Shown: in pieces, positions 37,290 to 50,264 of the stretch
Layout of the letters: each line of letters starts with the position of its first letter
Position numbering within the stretch: position 1 is the stretch's first letter
Origin: Sphaerodactylus townsendi
Lineage: Eukaryota
Length of the DNA: 64,000 bases
Reading direction: 5' to 3'
Assembly (NCBI RefSeq): GCF_021028975.2
Contig: NC_059434.1
Span: 64,914,001-64,978,000 of the forward strand
Position numbers and translations under genes: made by a program
Notes under the pieces: model-generated
What the model was told of the DNA's origin: nothing
What the model saw: only the letters and a program-made list of their open reading frames with translations
Databases searched by the model: none

Positions 37290-37716
37290 GCCAGGGTTCT
37301 CTGTTGGCTGACATCAGGGCACTGTGGGACCTTAAGATGCTCCATAAGGCCTGCAAGATGGAGCTGTTCCACCGGGTTTTGCGTTAAGGCCATCCATTGT
37401 TCGATAGTCCATCTTGCTGGCCTCCCAATCTGCAGCTATTGATTACTAATAATATATTCTGGAGGAATTAGTGTGTCCTGCACCCTTTCTTTGCTCTCTC
37501 CTTACTCATGAACAACATGGACAAACTGTCGAGGCAAGGAGCTGTATACTACAGGCTACATAGGATGCGGTTATTTTTAGTCGTCATCAATGGATGTAAT
37601 ATTTAGGTTTTAGTAATATTTTAAATTGCTATGTTTTAAATCTTTGAAAGCAACCCTGAGCCCCACCCTGGTTGGGAATGGGTGGGATATAAATTTGATA
37701 AAACAGATAAAATAAA
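37290..37716 (+). mobile_element. L2 3' fragment
   Basis: ggcctgcaagatggagctgttccaccgggtttt ORF end; UTR; ccctgagccc...gggtgggatataaa tail. Confidence 0.65.
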
Positions 37717-39384
37717 TGTTTTCCCTCTACCAAACCTGGCTAGCTACATGTACCTCTTACATTCCATGAACAAATTGATCCTTAACTCGCTGCTCCATCT
37801 CCCAAACTGACTGCACCTGCATTGTCAGTTTCATTGTAATGGATGCATTTCTTTCCCTAAAATCTCAAGCATCATTCATACTAGAATAAACTTCCCACAA
37901 GGTCCCATGTATAATGACAGAGCTGGGGCATGCACAGGCTGCTCCTGTTACATGATGGTCAAAAAAGTGAGAAAGAGCAGCTTCAAGAAAACTGAGAGCT
38001 TGACTTTTAAGTATCCAATGAGCAATTTGAACATTCTCAAACTGTAATAAGACATGTTATATCATTTAGATGACAAAAATATATTTTACATTATAGAGAT
38101 GAACTATGTGTCAGATCACAACATCATGCCATAAGAGAATGGTAATGATATAAAATAAATAAATCAGTAAAAACACCAGTGACCTTAAAGCCTCTATTAA
38201 CAGAGGAAGTTGTCCACAATGTGTCTGCATGGTTTCTTGTGGTAGCCTTGCCTTCTCTCCCTAGGGAATGAAATCTTCCATAGCTCTGCATCAGGTGTGA
38301 TTAAATAATTCAATTTTCTTGATATAGAAATGAATCAGAACTATCTGCTCTGTGAAGCTTGTGAATCTCTTCTTGACAAAATGCTCTGGACTTCAAATGT
38401 GGAACAGTTCCCAGGGAAAACACAGGATAAGGTTCCTTGGAAATTGATATTTCTTACTCTTTCACATACTAAAAGTAAACTAACTTCAAACTGTGCAGAA
38501 CAAAATGTACCATGCCTATCTGGAGTTTGGAAGCACTAAGGAAAAACTTATTCAGCTGCTTGACTAGTTTTTAATTTAACTGAACCTAGTTGAGTGGAAT
38601 CAAGGATAAGTGTTTTGTCCTTTCCAAGTAAAATGAATGCGCTCTTCTTTGCAGAGAAATAGATTCTGTTGTTCTGAGGCAATAGGCAATGTAGTAAGGT
38701 GCTAGCTTGGTAGATTTGATGTTAGGAAGGTATTGCATATTAAGATGTGACACAATGGCTGGCAACTCACTCCAACTAAGTTCTCCTTCAGTAAAAAAAA
38801 TGTGCCATGACAGGAAAGGAGAGAAACAGAGACCTTTTATCAGTCTAATGCTCTGGGATGCTACTGTGGTATAAATTACTTGAGTAAAATAAATAGAACT
38901 GCCATGTTTCTTAATTAGCTTATTTTGTCTTCTACTTGCTCACTGGAGCATTCTACATTGGGAAATACTTGGTATTCTTCGCAATGATAGCTGCAGTTTG
39001 CTCTACAGTTATGCATAATTAAGATAACACATTATTCACCATGTTTTGATGCTTCCCAATCAGAGATAGCTGAGGAAACAAAATTTGATTGTTTACAAAT
39101 ACCTGCGGCCAGTATCAGGTGGCTGCCTTTCTTTCACTTTCAGCCACAACTTGGTTTGACATCAGCCCAATATATTTTTTCTTTTCTTTTGTCTGTTCTG
39201 TGTGGCCTGTTCATATACTACGCTACATTACTATTAAGTCATTAGTTCAGAGGTTACACTAGTATTTTTACAGTAATCTCTAAATGTGTTGATTTATTCT
39301 GTTTCTGTTATGCTGGCACTAGGTCCTCAGAACCAAAGTAGCAGTTGTACTATATGTGGCAACCTGATATGGTAGCAATTTATC

Positions 39385-39520
39385 CAGCGGTGGGGTTCAG
39401 CAGGTTCACACCACTTCGGCAGAACTGGTTGTTAAAATGGTGCTTGTAAACAATCACTTGTTAAATGATTTGAATCCCACCACCAGAACCGGTTGTTAAA
39501 TGATTTGAATCCCACCACTG
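39385..39520. mobile_element. Short hAT MITE
   Basis: TIRs CAGCGGTGGGGTTCA / TGAATCCCACCACTG; perfect TSD AATTTATC; 3' end internally duplicated. Confidence 0.92.
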
Positions 39521-42500
39521 AATTTATCTGACATTCCTGTGGCCCTAGGTAGAGTTTATAATTTATCCATGTCCTGGCATTATAATATTCTGTTCTGTTT
39601 CCTATTCTGCATGTTTGGATTAGAAGATCCAATGGCAGAAAGCAGAGAAACAGAATTATTTCATGGAATGCTGTCAAAAAGTGGCAAATTGGCATTAGGG
39701 GTAAGGGGGACTGGACATGCAATTACTGCTATCAGTAACAATGGCTGCTTATTTTGTGGTTTGTTCCTCCAAGAACATAATATTTAGGGAAGAGACATGG
39801 TGCCTATGTTATGCTGCAATAGGATGCTGCAATAAATGGTAAATATCTCTGTATTAGTGATTGTTTAAATGTCTGGTTTTTATATTGATAAGTTATCATT
39901 ATAATTATAAGATGCCTCAAGGATTTTTAAGCAATAAATATTCTATATGCAAATGATTATTAGGTAATTTAGTAAACTTTTGATAATGTTTTTGTTGTTG
40001 TTTTTTCAAATTGTTGGAAAAGTTTCTTCCACACAAAGGCAAACAATCTGTAAAGCTCCTCAGATAGTTTAGGTTTAAACTCAAAACTTTTAACATCTAG
40101 GCTGCCAATGAAGCAAAGAGCCATTTATCTCATTCTATATTCTGAGCCTCACATAGAGGTACAATTTTATCTATCCTTCTAAAGTGAAGCTGTCAAATTT
40201 CTGAGAAGCAGTCGGTCAAACCAAGGATTGGAAAAGGAACAGATTTTACACACTGTGGTGACCTTTGTGGGCTACTCTATGTAATTCATGTGAAGAGCCA
40301 TCAAAATTAGAAAGCAAGAAACTGTCAATATTTTAAAATGTCATGCTTTCCACTGTTAGAAATGTCTTCTAGATAAACATAGTCTTTGTGAGTAGAATGG
40401 CTGCCTGACAGACTTCCAAAATCCAGCACTGATATCGTTTGTAAACAACCTTTACATGGTGCACAATGGGGGAAGGAACTCTGTATTTACTGTACTGCAA
40501 CTGTAGTTTAACTTTCAATAGGAAAAATATGCTACTATTTACTACTTATTCTTGTAAAAAGTTTAATGGGAGTTTGGGTTATTGTCTTGACACAATACCA
40601 AAACCTGAAATTAGTTTCTATTCTGTTCAGAGTTTGAGATTGTATGTTGTGCCGTGTCTGATCAGCTCAAAGACTGACAACTGCTCCTTTTCTTCTGTTC
40701 ACCTTAATCTGCCACTAAACCACAGTGATCAAGAAGGCATTTCCAGCTGCATCTTCTATTCTGTGGTCCTCTGTGCTTCTGTTTTTTGCTCTTGAACGGG
40801 TATACCAAGGATTCTTTTTTAAAAATCTTATTGCAGTATTGCTTAGTTTTAGGGTAAAATTGTCTTACACGTTCCTCCTTTGTGTGTTTTATGCTTGCCT
40901 CTTGACTGAGGCTCTTGAAATTCTCAGTGGGAAAAGAATCAACAACAGTCTTTCATAGGAAATCTGAAAAGCTCCTCAGATTGTTTAGGTTTAAACTCAA
41001 AACTTTTAACATTTTATGATCTGGAAAGCATCCATGTGACAAGTCAGAAAACTGGATATCATCGTGGACTTTCCTGAATGGATAGATTAAAAAACAGCAA
41101 CCCCCCCCAGCTTTGCCCCTCCACAGTTCCCTTAGAACACTTTCAGAACAAAAGTTTATTGATAAGGGTAGTATTCTGATTGGTAAGCATTTCACAAATA
41201 TTCCTTTTACTACTATATAAAACTACACTAGAACAGAATTCAATTAAACTCACAATTATCACGAAAGGACATTTCTTCATGCAAATTTTCATGCAAAATT
41301 TCTTCCACTATTTATGTCTCATCATTTTTTACTGTACTAATTATACTAAGCCTGACTCACCTCTTATTCTTTCTATATTTACATGAATAATAGTCCTCCT
41401 TACAACTGCAGGCAGACAGTAATTATATTGACAATCCAATCTTTCCTCAGCGTGAAACACAAAGTTCTGTCAGGAGAGTGAGACTGCCAGAATTCCTGGT
41501 TGTGGAGAACAACCACCACCACCCCTCTGTGGCCATCTGGAATTGGACACTATACCTCTACAAACTCAACTATGAGGATCACATACTGGGCAGCCTGATC
41601 CAGATAGAGAGGTGAGCTGAATGGCCTTTGGAAACACTGGAGGGCCACGCCAAAGAATTTGCCTCCTCTACCAGTGTAAGGGGTACCCATGCCAGCAGAA
41701 GGAGCAAACACATCAGCATCCAGCTGCCCCACAGCTCTGCGGTGGGCAAACCTAGATGTGGATGCCAAAGTGGAGCTATGCTGGCATACTAGTGGATGCC
41801 AGAATGGGGTGGGAAGGTGTTCCCATGGGTGCAGCTGACTGTAGTCAACTTCCACTGGTGTTCCAGCCTAAGAATGCTGCCCTCTGAGTCTGCAGACAGC
41901 AGTGTGAACCTGTTTGGGCTCTGTGGCAAACCAAGCAGCAGGAGGTTTTCAAATTAACCTCCTTTCTGTGCCACTCGAAGATCCTTCTGAGGCAGCATGG
42001 TGCCACCTTCACTGGGCTGTCCCCAGCTGTCTCAGCACTCTCCCCTCTCCATCTGGACTGCTCTCTGAATGTTTCTCTATACAAAAAAAAAATATTTGTA
42101 CATATATAAGTAGCGCATCAAATAGAATGCTGGAATTGGGATTGCTAGGTCCATGCCCAGCAATCCTGGGAGCATTTTGGGGCAGAGTAAAACCCCCCAA
42201 AATATTTATTTATTTATTTATTTAAACATTTATATTCCCACCTTTTTTCTTGGTTCAAGATGGCTTACAATAATAGTTAAAACATCCCCACCTAAACCTA
42301 AAGATAAAAACAGTATTGCTTCCTGTAACTGTTATTCATCTAGTAGTCCTCTGTACAGGTACACGTGGGATTGCGCTTGTGCAGGACCAACGGCAGAATA
42401 TTCTAGATAGCATATTAAGAGCTGTAGCCTAATAGTTATTGATTCCCTTCACCCAGCCACAGACCTAGGCTAGCTACATTCCCCACACAGGTCATGTGAC

Positions 42501-42734
42501 TAGGGAGGAGGGGTGCACCCATTCCCTCCAAATATTTCTTTGCCGATGTGAGGAGCCATCACTTTTGCTAGATGATAGCCCTTAGCAGGGAAGATGGGAA
42601 GGATGTGTGCCTGTACAGAGGAACACTAGATGAACAGTTATGATAATCAACACTGTTTTTCATTGTAGCGGCCTCTGTTCAGTCCCACATGGGAGAATAG
42701 CAATCTTACTAATTGTGGAGGTGGGTGTGTCTGT

Positions 42735-43340
42735 TTAATGAACCACAGATTGCAATACAGTTTGAGCCCTATTCACCTCAGCCCTAGCATCGATGTCTTA
42801 AAAGCCATAAATTGCAGCTAGGCCCTTATAGAGTGCACGTTAATGGTAATAGGACAAGGAACCTGAGCCTTGCTGTAAGCCAATCTAAATGTAGACATTG
42901 CCCAACCTGATAGAGTCAGGACAGATACTTAGGATCCCTTCTTGGGGTCTCCAAAACATATGAAAAATGCAGCATCCTTCCTAAAGGACTTAGTTCTAGT
43001 AATGTAGTTTGAGTACATTCTGTGCACATAAGAGGAATGCATAGCCCTTTCCTGTGCCAACTGTGGGTCCTGAAAAATGTACGCAGGACCACATCCTGGG
43101 AAAGGTGAAACCTGGATACCACTTCAGGTAAGTGTTTAAGTCTACACCTTAGCACTACCTCATCAGGAAAAAACTGCATGAATGGAAGGTCACAGTATAG
43201 CACCCTCAAGTCACTGACTCTGCATGCCAAAGTGATGGCCACCAGGAAGGCTGTCTTATAAGACAAAAATCTTAACAGACATAAGCCCGAGGCTCAAAGG
43301 GAGCTCTGATGAGATGTCAGCACCAGGCTCCACTGAGGAA
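42735..43340 (-). pseudogene. DIRS tyrosine recombinase remnant
   Basis: ORF 42916-43266 matches the vertebrate DIRS YR pattern (LKTxFLVAITSARRVSEL...FLPKVVSxFH); frameshifted. Confidence 0.88.
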
Positions 43341-43569
43341 CCGGGGGTTTTCAAAGGAGGATACGTATTATTAAGCCTCTTAAGAAACTACTCAGAGAGA
43401 GGTGAAGAGAACAGTGAGAGCCCACACCATCATGAAAGGTAGATATCACTGCTATATGGGCTTTAACCCAGCATGCTTTAGGGATAACAAGTATGTGGGG
43501 GGTGGGGGGAACTTCAACAGAACAAGAGAAAGAACAAGCCCTTTAGATTTGATGCATGCTGTGAACCTA

Positions 43570-43840
43570 CCGTGTTTCCCCGAATATAAGACAGTGTCTT
43601 ATATTAATTTTTGCTCCCAAAGATGCGCTATGTCTTATTTTCAGGGGATGTCTGATATTTCTGTATTCTTTGGCTCTATATTGTGCATGGGCATGCTTCC
43701 AAATGTAAAATCCTTTGCTATGGTTGTCATTACTTTTGGTGGGTGGCCTTTATATTCTCGCAGACTTTCAGCAAAAAACCTCTTACTTCACGCCTTTTAT
43801 TTCCTCTCCGAGGGGATGTCTTATATTCAGGGAAACAGGG
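43570..43840. mobile_element. Tc1/mariner (Tc2/pogo-like) MITE inserted in DIRS
   Basis: TA TSDs; TIRs CCGTGTTTCCCCGAATATAAGACA / TGTCTTATATTCAGGGAAACAGGG. Confidence 0.92.
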
Positions 43841-44479
43841 TAGCAAATTGGCTGAGTAGGACCTTTTAGTGGAAGGTATTCTAGCAATAACATCTCTAAA
43901 AACTCATCTGACTACCTGCCAGGGAGTGAGGAGCCAGGGTGTGAGGTACAGGAAGGCCACATCATGATGGCAAATGCAGCCCACACTCAGAGGAACCGCT
44001 GTCTGAGGCAAGTGGATGAGCCTCCCTTGGAAAAAGGTCCAGAGGGACCAAACCATGGCTCCCTGGACCAGAGTGGAGTGATCAAGCAAGCCTTGTCTGA
44101 TTTGGCCTTGGTAATCACTCTGGATATCAGGGATGTGGGCAAAAAGATGTACATCAGAGGCCTTGCCCAGCTGATCTGGGAAGCATTCCCCATGAAGTGC
44201 TGACCCACCTCTTCCCTGGTGCAATACCAGGGGCACTTTGCTGAGTCTTGCAGTCCCTGCCCAGCTTGTTTGCCTTTGTGTTGGACATTCTAGTCATCCG
44301 GATTGCTGAGAAGCAAGAGTTGTGCAAGATAGCCCATTCTTGCATGCCTCTTTGGAGGAGGAGTAGTAGTTTGGATTTATATCACCCCTTTCTCTCCTGC
44401 AGGAGACTCGAAGGGACCCAGTATCACCCTGTTTGTTGATGTAGTACTGCAAGGGAGGCATCAGTGATCAAGGAGTGCA

Positions 44480-45115
44480 TGTATAGCCTGGCAAACCAGA
44501 TGGTAGAGGTTGCAGGCACCATTAAGCCCAAGAGCTTCTGAATGGCAACAGCCTTTGGGTGAGGGTGTCTTTGGAATCTGGTCTCCAGGGCCTTGAGGGT
44601 TCAAACCTTCTATATAGAGAGGAGAGCTTTACCCACAAGTGAGTTGAAGACTGTACCTATGAAATCTATCCTGTGAGTAGGAATAAGTTTAGATTTGGAT
44701 GAATTAACCACTAGCCACAGGGCTTGGAAGAACTGGAGGGTAGTCGCCAACTGGCACTGGAGACCAGCAGATGATTTGGAAACAAATAGCCAGTCATCTA
44801 AGTAGGAAAATATGGTGGACCCCTCCAAATATTCCACTGACAAATATTCCACTGCTGCTGCTACCCAGGGACAGATGACAGGCCAGAGGGCAGAACACAG
44901 GCCAAAAAGCAGGTTACTCTTATCAAACCTCAGATATTTGTGACACTAGTCAGGGATGGTCACATGAAGGTAAGCATCTTTCAAGTCTACGACAGCAAAC
45001 CAGACACCTTTATCTAGTAAAGGCATAATATCTGGCATAGACAACATGTGGGACTTTTTCTCTCTTTTTTTGCATACTACAAAATACCTTGAAAAGAAGC
45101 CTCTCCCCATTTTGT
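44480..45115 (-). pseudogene. DIRS reverse transcriptase remnant
   Basis: DLKDAY and YLDDWL motifs in ORFs 44946-45227 and 44610-44852. Confidence 0.9.
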
Positions 45116-45292
45116 GATTTTGGAATTTTGCCCGAACATTCAAACTCGCCTGCAATATTAGCAAATCTCTTTTAATTCTCAATGGGTACATAATGCACAT
45201 GCCAACTTGTGGATAAAATTGAATCAAGCTAATGGTGTTAAGCCTGATGGTTCAGCAATTATTAGGTAGTCTGGAGTTTGGATTCTATCTCT

Positions 45293-45433
45293 GGCTCATT
45301 CCGCACATGCAGAATAATGCACTTTCAAACTGCTTTCAATGCTCTTTGAAGCTGTGTGGAATGGCAAAATCCACTTGCAAACAGTTGTGAAAGCGGTTTG
45401 AAAATGCATTATTTTGCATGTGCGGAAGAGACC
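45293..45433. mobile_element. 141-bp Harbinger-like MITE
   Basis: TIRs GGCTCATTCCGCACATGCA / TGCATGTGCGGAAGAGACC; 3-bp TSD TCT; inverted copy at 51721-51861. Confidence 0.88.
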
Positions 45434-45997
45434 TCTGTCAAAAACAGTTTGATTCAATACTTATTTATGCCAGTCACAAATTCCATCTCTCTGAGTTACA
45501 AGCAATTTTAAAGTATTTGAACAAAATAGCTCTTTCTAGCAGCTGAGGCTTTTTTGGGCAGGGAATTAGGCCCATTTTAATGTCTTAATCTAGCTCATGA
45601 TACTACATCAAAACCAGAGGTGCAAGCAGCGATCAGATGATAAATAGCAAGGAGAATCAAGGAAAGAAATGGAGTAATTCTCTTGGCTATGTATACGTCT
45701 CTCCTGTGGATTAAATAAGACTGTCTATAATTTTTTGCAGGTTAATGATTGCAGCTGTGCAAGTTTACTTAAAAATCTCAGTTCAGTGAGACTGACTCTC
45801 AAATATTCATAGGACTACAACCTTACATTCCAGTCCTTACCTTGTTTCCTTAGGTTGTGTTCATTTTAGTAGAGGTTTATCCATTGTAAATGTATTTAGG
45901 ATTGCAGCAATAGTATGCACACAGTCATCATGGAAGAGGGAAGAACTTGAAACATCTTATATAAAAGAGTAGAGTCATACTCATTGGTCCTGCCTCT

Positions 45998-46185
45998 CAG
46001 GGGCCACTGCTCAGTAGTGAGTCTTCTGCTTTGTATTCAGAAAGTCTCAGGTGCAATCTACGGTTTCTCCAATTAAGTAAGTGATGTGAAAGACCACCTC
46101 CTGAGACCCCAAAGAAATCTTGCCTGTCACAGTAGACATTCTGACCTTGGCAGATCAGTGGTTTGGTTCAGTTTCTAATGTTCAG
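45998..46185 (+). mobile_element. tRNA-derived SINE (Squam3-like)
   Basis: gctcagtagtgag...caggtgcaatct (A/B-box-like), gtgatgtgaaagacc, CR1-like tail. Confidence 0.6.
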
Positions 46186-47802
46186 GCAAACGTCTCCTGT
46201 GTCCTATGCATATAAAGTGTAGATACCATTGAGGCACTGCTTTTTGCAGGCTTTCCCATTACACATACCAGAACTATCCATGTACTTGTGTAGAACTTGC
46301 TGCAAGCATTCAATTGTACATGCAGCTGTCCATAAGCGGGGCAATCAGCAGGACCCAGTAACATTAATAGAGTATTCATGCTTTTGAATGCTTAAATATA
46401 GAAAAAGTTCTACTGTTGATAGTATCGTGTGACCGCTCTCTCCTATGCAACTCTTAGAGTATGTTAGAGGAGGTTTATACAAAATTAGGAAGCCTTTTGG
46501 TAAAACTCCAAGTACATTAATCGTAAGAATACATCCCAGTCAAAAAATACCTCATTAGCTTTATCTCCTAGATTAGCCTCATGCCAGTTGGTTCTGTTTT
46601 GTTTTCCCTGCTCTCATTAAAGCAGCTTTATACAAATAGACCAACCACATTAGGGTTTTTTTCATGCTTTTTTCACATGAACACAGGATTGAAACACAGG
46701 CAGCTAAACTGAACTACGTTAAGAGATGTTGGGCTGGATCCAACCTGCTTTTTCATTGTTGAAAAAGGAAGAAAGAGGGGTCCATTTTACCATCAAAACC
46801 ACCTATGTTGAGAATCGTGAAACCATCATGAACAAAAGTAATGTGGGATGGGAGCTGTGGGATAGAGAAGAATTAGGCAAGACTGAGTGGGAAAGCTGGC
46901 TGGATACAAGCCAATATTTTTAGGGAGGGTGGAAGGGAAAGACAAAATAAAAACATGCAAGAGAAAGATATAAATTGTCCCTAAATAGACTCAGATCTCA
47001 AAATTCAGTTTAAATAATAAAGTTTTCCAGTTGGTAATCTATGAGTACAACACTGCTTCTAGGTTGCTGGATTTGGAAAATTGAGGAGTGAAAATACTTT
47101 ATATTATTTTGAATTTTCAGGAGTGACTTTTGCTGACAAATGTAAGTATTTTTTAGGCAGTTGCCTTACAGAAGCTTCATTAAGAACACCACAGGTTGAT
47201 CCCTTGATCTACAATCAACTTTTCAAATGATAAAAAAGAGAAATCCAAAAATAGAGTTTTACTACCAAAAAGACTATGCTGAATATTGCAGAATGTGCAT
47301 GAACCAAACCACATGACATGCAGGCTGAGATAAAAAGGAGAACTTCACAAGGTTGAGCAAAAATAGCAACTAGAAACAACCTCTTGGGTTTTTTAAAATA
47401 AAATTCATTAATGTTTCACCAAACATCATAACAACAAAACAACAAAAAGGATATAGGGAAGAATATAAGTACAAAAAAAGAAAAAAGAAACTTGAAGGGG
47501 AGTAGGGAAGAAAATGGAGAGGCAGAATCTAATGCTGAAGGCCGCTTACACTTATTGATCCTAGATGTTTTCAGAATTAGTGGGTCTAACATTAGCTATA
47601 GCTAATTCACCCGTCAAATTTCTGGAGAGGCAGAGTCAGACACAGTCTGCTGTGATGCTGGTAAGTACCCCTTTCAGTAAAGTGCAGCAGGGAGCTTCTC
47701 CAAACTCAAACCAGTTGAATCGTCATGTTCCCTGGGAGTCCTAGAGCCAACCTTGACCAAAAGAAATGGTATGCATGCTGACATTTGCCCTGTAAAAGAC
47801 AC

Positions 47803-47885
47803 AGAATAATAGAATCATAGAGTTGGAAGAGACCATAAGGGCCATCAAACCCAACTCCCTGCAATGCAGGAACACATAATCAATA
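47803..47885 (-). mobile_element. CR1 3' terminus
   Basis: atagaatcatagagttggaagagacc is the reverse complement of a (GATTCTAT)n CR1 tail plus its UTR stem. Confidence 0.7.
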
Positions 47886-48855
47886 ATGGATCAAACTACT
47901 ATAGCTACTTCTCTCTACTTCTCTTGGTTCAGCAGTTGAGGTAGAAGGGTTTCTACCCTTGCAAAGTTGTTGCCATGTGTTGGGGTGGATTGAGGAATTC
48001 TTGATCAATGTGTTGGTTTATTGAGTGATTTTGCTGATTGAATCCCATTTTTGTTATATGTTGTGGGACCTGTCACCTGGTAGTTGTCGGATGTTTTTGT
48101 TTGCATTGTTCAGTTTTCAAAACTACTGTGGCATTGTCCTTGTCTGCTGGAAGTATGATGATCTCAGGAGCTGGACCACCTTGATAGCATCCACCCTAAC
48201 ATTAAATTCACCATTCAGTTAACATCCGATTTCACAGTTCACAGCAAAGCTTTGGCCAGTATGTATGATGAAAAGTAATTGTTAGTTCTAAAATAACCTA
48301 GATGTTTTGAGGTACAACCTATATCAACAAAATATCGACAAATAGAATGGTTTACAATGGACTAAGATGTCAGACAAGGATTTATCTCCCTATTTGTTCA
48401 ACCTATATATAGAACATATTGTAAGGAAAGCTGGAGTAGATGCAAATGAAGATGGAATGAAAATTGATGGAGGGAACATTAAAAATTTGAGATACGCAGA
48501 TGACAACACGTTAGTGGCAGAAAATAGTTAAGGCTTGAAATAGCTCCTGATGAAAGTTAAAGCAGAAAGTGCCAAAGAAGGATTTCAGTTGAATATCAAG
48601 AAAACAAAAGTAATGATAATTGGAGAATCATACAACTTTAAGCTTGTAATAGTTAAAGATTTTCTATTCCTTGGCTCCATTGTTAACCAAAAGTGAGACT
48701 GCAATGACGAAATAAGGAGATTGAGACCGGAAAGGGGAACTATCAAAGAACTAGAAAAGTTTCTGAAGTGTAATGATGTGGCACTGGTGACCAAGATCAA
48801 GATAATTCATACAGTAATACTCCCCATTACTAGATATGGGTATGAAAGCTGGACG

Positions 48856-48945
48856 TTTTTTTTAAAAAAAATTTATTGAACTTATATCCTGCTCTCCCCC
48901 AGGGCCAGGCTCGGAGTGGTGTACAGTGATTAAAACACACAGTTA
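48856..48945 (-). mobile_element. L2-type tail inserted in the RTE
   Basis: tttattgaacttatatcctgctctccccagggccaggctcggagtgg. Confidence 0.55.
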
Positions 48946-49362
48946 AATAGTCTTAACATCAGTAAAACAACAATGTTCCAATAAAGGCATGATTGGAACA
49001 ACCAATAACATCAATAAAACTTCCAAATCTAGCATAGATGACGACCATATAAATCGTAATAAAGAAAACTCATTAGAAGATGGTTGATTTCTTTGCAATG
49101 TGATGTTTGAGAAGAGTGTTATGGGCACTACAGACAAATACAAGATCAAATCAAGCCTTGACTCTCCCTGGAAGCTAAAATGACTAAACTGAGGCAATCA
49201 TACCTTGGTCACATTACGAGAAAACAAGAGTCACTAGACATTGTGATAATACTAGGAAAAGTTGAAGGCAGCAGGAAAAGAGGAAGATCATGGAAGCCAC
49301 AGCTCTTAGTTTGCAAGACCTGGGGCAAGGCTGGAAATGACAGGACATTTTGGAGGTCATTA

Positions 49363-49976
49363 CCGTATAAACTCATGTATAAGCCGACTCATGTATAAGC
49401 CGAGGCACCTAATTTTACTACCAAAACCTGGGGAAACGTATTGACTCGTGTATAAGCTGAAGGTGGGAAGCCAGGAGGCAGAGGGAGCTCCTTATTTGGG
49501 CAGTGACTCCCCCTGATGTCATTGCCCAAATAAGGAGCTCCCTTCACCTCCAGGCTGCCCGGGCTTCCTCAAACCCAGCCGGGAGGTGGAGGGAGCTCCT
49601 TATTTGGGCAATGACATCAGGGGGAGTCACTGCCCTCCACCTCCCTGCAGGCTGGGCTTCCTCAAACCCAGCTGGGATGTGGAGGGAGCTCCTTATTTGG
49701 GCAATGACATCAGGGGGAGTCACGGCCCAATAAGGAGCTCCCTCTGCCTCCCTGGGTTTGAGGAAGCCCAGCCAGCCAGGGTTCCCCTTCATCCTCCCAA
49801 GAAGGCAGCAACAAGCGGCTTGTGTAGCCACAGGGAGGTCTTACCAGCCACGCCCCCATCCTTGGCAGAGGCCTGAAGAGCCGGCTGGTAAGCAGTGACT
49901 CGTGTATAAGCTGAGGGGGCATTTTTCAGCCTTAAAACAGGTCTGAAAAACTTGGCTTATACACGAGTATATACGG
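49363..49976. mobile_element. Tc1/mariner (pogo/Tc2-like) MITE with internal palindromic repeats
   Basis: TA TSDs; TIRs CCGTATAAACTCATGTATAAGCC / GGCTTATACACGAGTATATACGG; RTE sequence resumes on both sides. Confidence 0.93.
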
Positions 49977-50018
49977 TAATTCATAAAGATTGTGATAAGT
50001 TGGAAGTGATGGAACTTA

Positions 50019-50025
50019 ACACACA

Positions 50026-50064
<39 letters not shown>

Positions 50065-50098
50065 GGAGGGAGGGAGGGAGAGAGGGAGAGAGAGAGAG
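50019..50098 (+). repeat. (AC)n(AG)n compound microsatellite
   Basis: Read directly from the sequence. Confidence 0.95.
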
Positions 50099-50264
50099 TT
50101 TATTGTATGAAATCTGCTTCAGAGGTTTTCTCCACAGGAGACCTGGCCACTGCCAGGTTAATATTACTAGGACTGTGTGATGTTAACAGTATGGCCAAGC
50201 AGCACATGCTTTATAGGTCTGAAAACAGGAATGTATGGCATCCATCATATCCAGCTAGGAGCCC

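Larger units (their letters stand above)
42305..45115 (-). mobile_element. 5'-truncated, degenerate DIRS retrotransposon
   Basis: In order on the minus strand: RT motifs GFFSRYFVVCKK, VDLKDAYLHV, YLDDWL..VNSSKSKLIPTHRIDFIG; MT-like LMYIFLP..LISRVI..CLITPLWSREPWF; YR KTAFLVAITLACRVSDL...VVSRFHLSQDVVL; then terminal complementary repeats. Confidence 0.92.
48235..50043 (+). mobile_element. Degenerate RTE/BovB-like LINE with nested insertions
   Basis: Decayed VRQG..LSPYLFNLY and NLRYADD motifs (~48370-48505); YLGHITRK..LGKVEGSRKRG C-terminus; ends in a (CA)n tail. Confidence 0.88.
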
